Part shown: one piece after another, positions 58,517 through 64,000 of the stretch | Layout: the number at the start of each line of letters is the position of its first letter | How positions within the stretch are numbered: position 1 is the first letter of the stretch | NCBI GenBank assembly: GCA_963734665.1 | Contig: CAVTIR010000009.1 | Span: forward strand, 12,498 to 76,497 | Direction: 5' to 3' | Source: an uncultured Actinomycetota bacterium | GTDB lineage: Bacteria; Actinomycetota; Actinomycetes; Streptosporangiales; Streptosporangiaceae | Length of the DNA stretch: 64,000 nt | Translations under genes and position numbers: made by a program | The notes under the pieces: generated by a model | What the model was told of the DNA's origin: nothing | Seen by the model: the letters and a program-made list of their open reading frames with translations, nothing else | Database searches by the model: none

Positions 58517-61010
58517 GTGAGCGTGATGACTTCTTTTGCGGCTGATCGTAGCCGGAGGACTACAGAGACCGACCACTGGCTGGCAGGGATGCTGGGTGCC
58601 GAGCCCGGCGTCGCCCTGGTCGCGGTGGGCGGCTACGGCCGCAAGGAGCTGCTGCCCGGCAGTGACCTTGACGTGCTGATGCTCCATGACGGCAGGGAGG
58701 GCATTGCCAAGATCGCCGACCGGGTTCTGGTATCCCGTCTGGGATTCCGGCGCGCAGCTCGATCACGCCGTCAGGACCGTCCCGCAAGCGCGGCGCGTGG
58801 CCCGCAGTGACCTCAAGGTCGCCCTCGGACTCCTGTACGCCAGGCACGTCGCCGGTGATCCTGACCTGACCACCCGGCTGCGCGAGGTCGCGCTTGAGGA
58901 CTGGCGGTCGAACGCCCGGACCAGGCTCGCCGAGCTCAAGGAACTGCACGAGGAGCGGACCAGGCTGCACGGCGAGCTCGCCTTCCTGCTTGAGCCCGAC
59001 CTGAAGGAGTCACGCGGCGGGCAGCGGGACGTGCACGCCATTCAGGCCATCGCCGCGGCCTGGGTCGCCCCCGCGCCCGGTCCTAAGGTCAGAGCGGCCT
59101 ACGAGCAGATTCTTGACGCCCGCCACGTCCTGCACGAGGTTACGGGGCGGCGCCTCGACCGGCTCGTGCTTGAGGAGCAGGACGAGGTTGCCCGCACGCT
59201 CGGCCTGCTCGACGGTGACGCGCTGCTGCGGCAGCTCGCCGGCGCGGGCCGCACCGTCGCCTACGCGGTCGACCACGCCTTCCGCCAGGCTGACCGGGCA
59301 GGCGGGCGCCGCGCCATCGGCGCGCGGTTGCGCCGGGGCAAGCCGGATCGCCGTCCGCTCGCCGATGGCGTGGTCGAGCAGGACGGCGAGGTGGTGCTCG
59401 CCAGGGCGGCATCCCCCACGACCGATCCGGTCCTCGTGCTGCGGGCCGCCGCCGCGGCCGCCCAGGCCGGCCTCCCGCTCGCCCCCCGTGCCCTGGCCCG
59501 GCTGGCTGAATGCCCCCCGCTGCCCGTCCCGTGGCCCACCGAGGCCCGCAACACCCTCCTCGCCCTGCTTGGTGCCGGGCCGAACGCGATCGCCGTCTGG
59601 GAGGCCCTTGACCAGGAGGGCCTGCTCACCGCCCTCATCCCGGACTGGGACCGGGTGCGCAACCGCCCGCAGCGCAATCCGCTGCACCGCTTCACCGTCG
59701 ACCGGCACCTCGTCGAGTGCGCGGCCAACGCCGCTGCCCTGGCCCGTGACGTATCACGGCCGGACCTGCTGCTGCTCGCCGCGCTGCTGCACGACATCGG
59801 GAAGGGCTGGCCGGGTGACCACAGCGTCTCCGGCGCGGTCGTCGCCCGCGACGTGTGCAAGCGCGTCGGGCTTGGTGAGGCGGACGTGCAGCTGGTCGCG
59901 GACGCGGTCCGCCACCACCTGCTGCTGCCGGTGGTCGCCACGCGGCGGGACCTTGACGACCCGATGACCGTACAGCAGGTCGCAGCGACGGTCGGCTCAC
60001 GAACGCTCCTTGAGCTGCTGCAAGCGCTGTCGGCGGCCGATGGGCTCGCCACCGGTACGGCGGCGTGGAACGACTGGAAGGCGGGCCTGGTCGCGGACCT
60101 CGTCCGGAGGGTCAGCGCGGTGCTTGACGGCGAACCCACGCCTGAGCCCGCCCCGCTGCGCGAGGACCAGCTCGCGCTCGTCGCCGAAGGCGGCCCGGCC
60201 GCGATCGTCGATGGCAACGAGGTCACGGTCGTCGCGCTCGACAGGCCCGGAATCTTGTGGCGGGCCGCCGGGGTACTCGCGTCGCACCGGCTCACGGTAC
60301 GCGGTGCCAACGCGACCTCGGTCGGCGACACGGCGGTCACGGTGTTCAGCGTGGTCCCCGAGTACGGCGACCCGCCGGACGCCACGCTCGTGACCGCGGA
60401 CCTGCGGCGGATGCTCGAGGGCAGGCTCGACGTGGAAGACAGGCTTGAGCGCCGGGCCCGTGCGGCGCGCCAGCACGTCACGAACGGACCGCCCGCCAAG
60501 GTCGCGCTGGTCGACAACGCGTCAAACAGCGCCACCGTCGTCGAGGTCCGCGCGCACGACGAGCCGGGCCTGCTCTGGCGCATCGGCCGCGCCCTCGGCG
60601 AATGCGGCCTGAACGTCCAGGCCGCCCGCGTCGAGACGCTGGGCGCGGAGGCGGTCGACGTCTTCTACGTCACCGACGCCACCGGCGGCCTCGTAACGGA
60701 CCCAGACCTCCGCCAGCGCACAGTAAAAATGGTCCTCTCCTCCCTCACCCCCGCCTTACCTCCCGCCGCTAACCAGCGAGCCGGATCACCGGCTGGGCGG
60801 ACAACCCGCTGCGGGTCCGTTGTGGCTGACACCCAAGGTGATCCAGAACGAGTGCGTGTTGCAAGCCGCCGGCCCGTTCCCCCCATGAGCCGGTCCGCAA
60901 GGCCACCGTGTACACCGCGCCTGACCTGCGGTGTCACCGCGTCGCGCGTCGCGTTTCCTTCGGCGTGCCCATCGGGCCGCGGTCGCTGGTCCGGCGACTC
61001 TCGGCTATAA
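58517..61010 (+). CDS. glnD: [Protein-PII] uridylyl/adenylyltransferase, with an apparent 1-nt frameshift near 58727
   Basis: [16 protein letters not shown] in one frame; [32 protein letters not shown] and ACT domains in the next. The last ~85 aa look non-conserved. Confidence 0.9.
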
Positions 61011-61055
61011 CATGATGGCACTAAGTAGCTGGCTGGCCACGCCGGGGGGGTTGCC

Positions 61056-63734
61056 GTGCAGCACGATGAGGATCGCAGGTTCGCGGGGCTGCTGGAGGCG
61101 GCGCCTGACGCGATGGTGTGCGTGGACCGCGACGGGCGGATTGCCCTGGTCAACGCGCAGACTGAGCGGCTGTTCGGCTACGGCCGCGATGAGCTGATCG
61201 GCCGGCCGGTGGAGATGCTCGTTCCGGATGGGGTCCGGGGTGTCCACCCGGGTCACCGGGCCGGGTACGTCGCTGATCCGCGGCCCCGGCCGATGGGGGC
61301 GGGGATGGAGCTGGCCGGGCGCCGCCGCGACGGCAGCACCTTTCCCGCTGAGATCTCGCTGTCCGCCATCGACACCGAGGAAGGCATCCTCGTCTCCGCC
61401 GCGGTCCGGGACGTCACCGATCGCAAACGCGCCGAGGCAAAGTTCGCGGGGCTGCTGGAGGCGGCGCCTGACGCGATGGTGTGCGTGGACCGCGACGGGC
61501 GGATTGCCCTGGTCAACGCGCAGACTGAGCGGCTGTTCGGCTACGGCCGCGATGAGCTGATCGGCCGGCCGGTGGAGATGCTCGTTCCGGATGGGGTCCG
61601 GGGTGTCCACCCGGGTCACCGGGCCGGGTACGTCGCTGATCCGCGGCCCCGGCCGATGGGGGCGGGGATGGAGCTGGCCGGGCGCCGCCGCGACGGCAGC
61701 ACCTTTCCCGCTGAGATCTCGCTGTCCGCCATCGACACCGAGGAAGGCATCCTCGTCTCCGCCGCGGTCCGGGACGTCACCCAGCAGCGGCTAACGGCCG
61801 AGACGGCCGCACAGCTGGCGTCGATCATCCAGTCCTCGCACGACGCGGTGATCGGCAAGACCCTCACTGAGGTGATCACCAGCTGGAACCCCGGCGCGGA
61901 ACGGCTGTACGGGTACACCGCCGCTGAGGTGACCGGCCGTCACATCGAGATGCTCATTCCCGCGGCGGACCGGAAGTGGGAATCGGCGGTGGTAGCCGCG
62001 GTCGGGCGGGGCGAGCGGGTGGACTCGTATCAGACCCGGCGGCTGCGCAAGGACGGGACGACGGTGGAGGTGTCACTGACCATGTCGCCTATCGCCGACC
62101 GAAGCGGGACCATCATCGGGGTGGCAACCATCACCCGAGACCTTACCGGGCGCCAGCGCGCCGACGCCCGGTTCCGCGGGCTGATGGAAGCCGCACCCGA
62201 CGCCATGGTCTGCGTGGACCGCGACGGGCGGATCGCCCTGGTCAACGCGCAGACCGAGCGGCTGTTCGGCTACGGCCGCGACGAGCTGATCGGCCGGCCG
62301 GTGGAAATCCTAGTCCCGGACGAGGCACGCGGCTTGCACCCGGCCCACCGGGCCGGGTACGTCGCCGATCCCGTGCCCCGGCCGATGGGCGCCGAAATGC
62401 AGCTGGCCGGGCGCCGTCGCGACGGCAGCACCTTCCCCGCTGAGGTGTCCCTCGCCGCGATGGACACCGATGAAGGGCTCCTGGTCACCGCGGTGGTCCG
62501 GGACGTGACCGAGCGGCTGGAGATCCTCGCCGAGCGGGAGCGGCTGCGTGCCCAGGCCGAGCGGGACAAGCTGGAACGCCACCTTCACCAGTCCCAGCGA
62601 CTTGAAAGCCTCGGCCAGCTCGCCGGCGGGGTGGCCCACGACTTCAACAACCTGCTCGGCGTCATCTCCAACTACGCGGCCTTCGCCGGCGAAGAAGTCG
62701 CCAAGGAAGCACCGGATGAGCGCTGGCAAGCCGTCAGCGACGACATCGGGCAGGTCCAGCAGGCCGCCGAGCGGGCCGCCGGGCTGACCCACCAGCTGCT
62801 GTCCTTCGCCCGCCAGGAGCTGATCAAGCCGCGCGTGCTCACCGTCAACGACGTGGTCCTGAGCGTCGAGCAGCTGCTGGTCCGCACCCTGGGCGAGCAC
62901 GTCGAGTTGATCACCGACCTGGCCGCCGACCTGGCCCCGGTGCTGGCCGACCCAGGGCAGATCGAGCAGGTCCTGGTCAACCTGGCGGTCAACGCCCGCG
63001 ACGCGATGCCGCAGGGGGGCAAACTGATCATCAACACGGCCAACACCAGCACTGACGACACCGCCAGCCAGGGCGAGATGCCTCCCGGTCAGTACATTGC
63101 CCTGAAGGTCAGCGACACCGGCACCGGGATACCCAAGGACGTCCTTGACCGGGTCTTCGAGCCGTTCTTCACCACCAAGCCCAAAGGCGAGGGAACCGGC
63201 CTCGGCCTGGCTACCGTGTACGGGATCGTCACCCAGGCCGGGGGCCACGTGCGGGTCTACTCCGAGCCCGGCCTTGGCACCAGCTTCACCGTCCTGCTGC
63301 CCGTCACCGAGCAGGAGATAGCCCCCGCGACCCCGCCGCCTGCGCAGCCCCAGCATGGCCACGGCCAGACGGTCCTGGTCGCGGAAGACGAACCGGCCAC
63401 GCGGGAGGTCACCCGCCGGATACTGGCCCGCAACGGCTATCACGTGGTCGCCGCCGCCAGCGGCCACGAAGCACTGGACATCCTTGCCAGCCAGCTAGAG
63501 CACATCGACGTGCTGCTGACCGACGTCATCATGCCCCGCATGCAGGGGAAAGAGCTCGCCGACAAGGTCCGCATCCTGCAGCCCGCTGTCCAGGTGGTAT
63601 TCATGTCCGGTTACACCCAGGGCCTGCTCGACGAACAAGGCGTCCTGGAACCCGGAGTTCACCTCATCGAGAAACCATTCTCCGAGACCACCCTGCTCAC
63701 CAAACTGCACGAAGTCCTCAGCGCTCCCAGCTAA
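61056..63734 (+). CDS. Hybrid sensor histidine kinase, 4 x PAS + HisKA + HATPase + REC
   Basis: Four PAS/PAC repeats, [39 protein letters not shown]. Confidence 0.95.
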   Translation: MQHDEDRRFAGLLEAAPDAMVCVDRDGRIALVNAQTERLFGYGRDELIGRPVEMLVPDGVRGVHPGHRAGYVADPRPRPMGAGMELAGRRRDGSTFPAEISLSAIDTEEGILVSAAVRDVTDRKRAEAKFAGLLEAAPDAMVCVDRDGRIALVNAQTERLFGYGRDELIGRPVEMLVPDGVRGVHPGHRAGYVADPRPRPMGAGMELAGRRRDGSTFPAEISLSAIDTEEGILVSAAVRDVTQQRLTAETAAQLASIIQSSHDAVIGKTLTEVITSWNPGAERLYGYTAAEVTGRHIEMLIPAADRKWESAVVAAVGRGERVDSYQTRRLRKDGTTVEVSLTMSPIADRSGTIIGVATITRDLTGRQRADARFRGLMEAAPDAMVCVDRDGRIALVNAQTERLFGYGRDELIGRPVEILVPDEARGLHPAHRAGYVADPVPRPMGAEMQLAGRRRDGSTFPAEVSLAAMDTDEGLLVTAVVRDVTERLEILAERERLRAQAERDKLERHLHQSQRLESLGQLAGGVAHDFNNLLGVISNYAAFAGEEVAKEAPDERWQAVSDDIGQVQQAAERAAGLTHQLLSFARQELIKPRVLTVNDVVLSVEQLLVRTLGEHVELITDLAADLAPVLADPGQIEQVLVNLAVNARDAMPQGGKLIINTANTSTDDTASQGEMPPGQYIALKVSDTGTGIPKDVLDRVFEPFFTTKPKGEGTGLGLATVYGIVTQAGGHVRVYSEPGLGTSFTVLLPVTEQEIAPATPPPAQPQHGHGQTVLVAEDEPATREVTRRILARNGYHVVAAASGHEALDILASQLEHIDVLLTDVIMPRMQGKELADKVRILQPAVQVVFMSGYTQGLLDEQGVLEPGVHLIEKPFSETTLLTKLHEVLSAPS
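61079..61781 (+). repeat. Identical intragenic duplication of a PAS domain (period 363 bp)
   Basis: 61079-61418 equals 61442-61781 with no mismatch seen. Confidence 0.93.
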
Positions 63735-64000
63735 CCAGCTGCCACGGCGCACGCCCGGTGCCACAGCACCGGCTACCACCAGCGACCTGCAGCCATCCGC
63801 GCCCGGTCACTGGCGCGGCGCACGACAGCGGTCCGGCCGCCCCGGAGGGCGCCCTGGCTGTGGTGGCCCGGTCGCCGGCCGCGCGGACGCCGTGTTGTCC
63901 TGCCTGCCCGGATCTGGCGATTGATAGCTATCCGTGTTCATAATGATACGCTAGGTGATAATGACGAGAGAGGGTACCGCGCTGCGTGTCGAAGATCCTG

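Overview
High-GC actinomycete chromosome segment, probably Streptosporangiales-like (inferred from gene content and order only). Left part: LuxR HTH, an LCP protein, and a ~5.7 kb integrase-less islet bounded by tRNA-His and a 34-bp copy of its 3' end. The islet carries a translationally coupled SAM-methyltransferase-murT-gatD operon. Next come orn, an XRE/DUF397 pair, an IclR-amidase pair, TrpB2, a DUF4139 protein, a complete stressosome-type RsbRST(X) cluster and pntAA/AB/B. Right part: the conserved core block iclR-leuCD-hup-(ddl-metB-gpsA-plsC-cofC, inverted)-thiL-rpmB-recG-rsmD-coaD-yceD-rpmF-rnc-mutM-smc-ftsY-glnK-glnD, then a 4-PAS hybrid kinase. The most striking signal is at least three families of short dispersed palindromic elements. 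They show compensatory base-pair changes between copies, and the main family has a strong + strand bias. They form tandem arrays and sit in frame inside core genes (mutM twice, the leuCD regulator, smc), adding 30-120 aa without breaking the ORFs. No transposase is present in the window. Three apparent 1-nt frameshifts (pntB, glnD, probably thiL) may be sequencing errors. All counts and alignments were done by eye.
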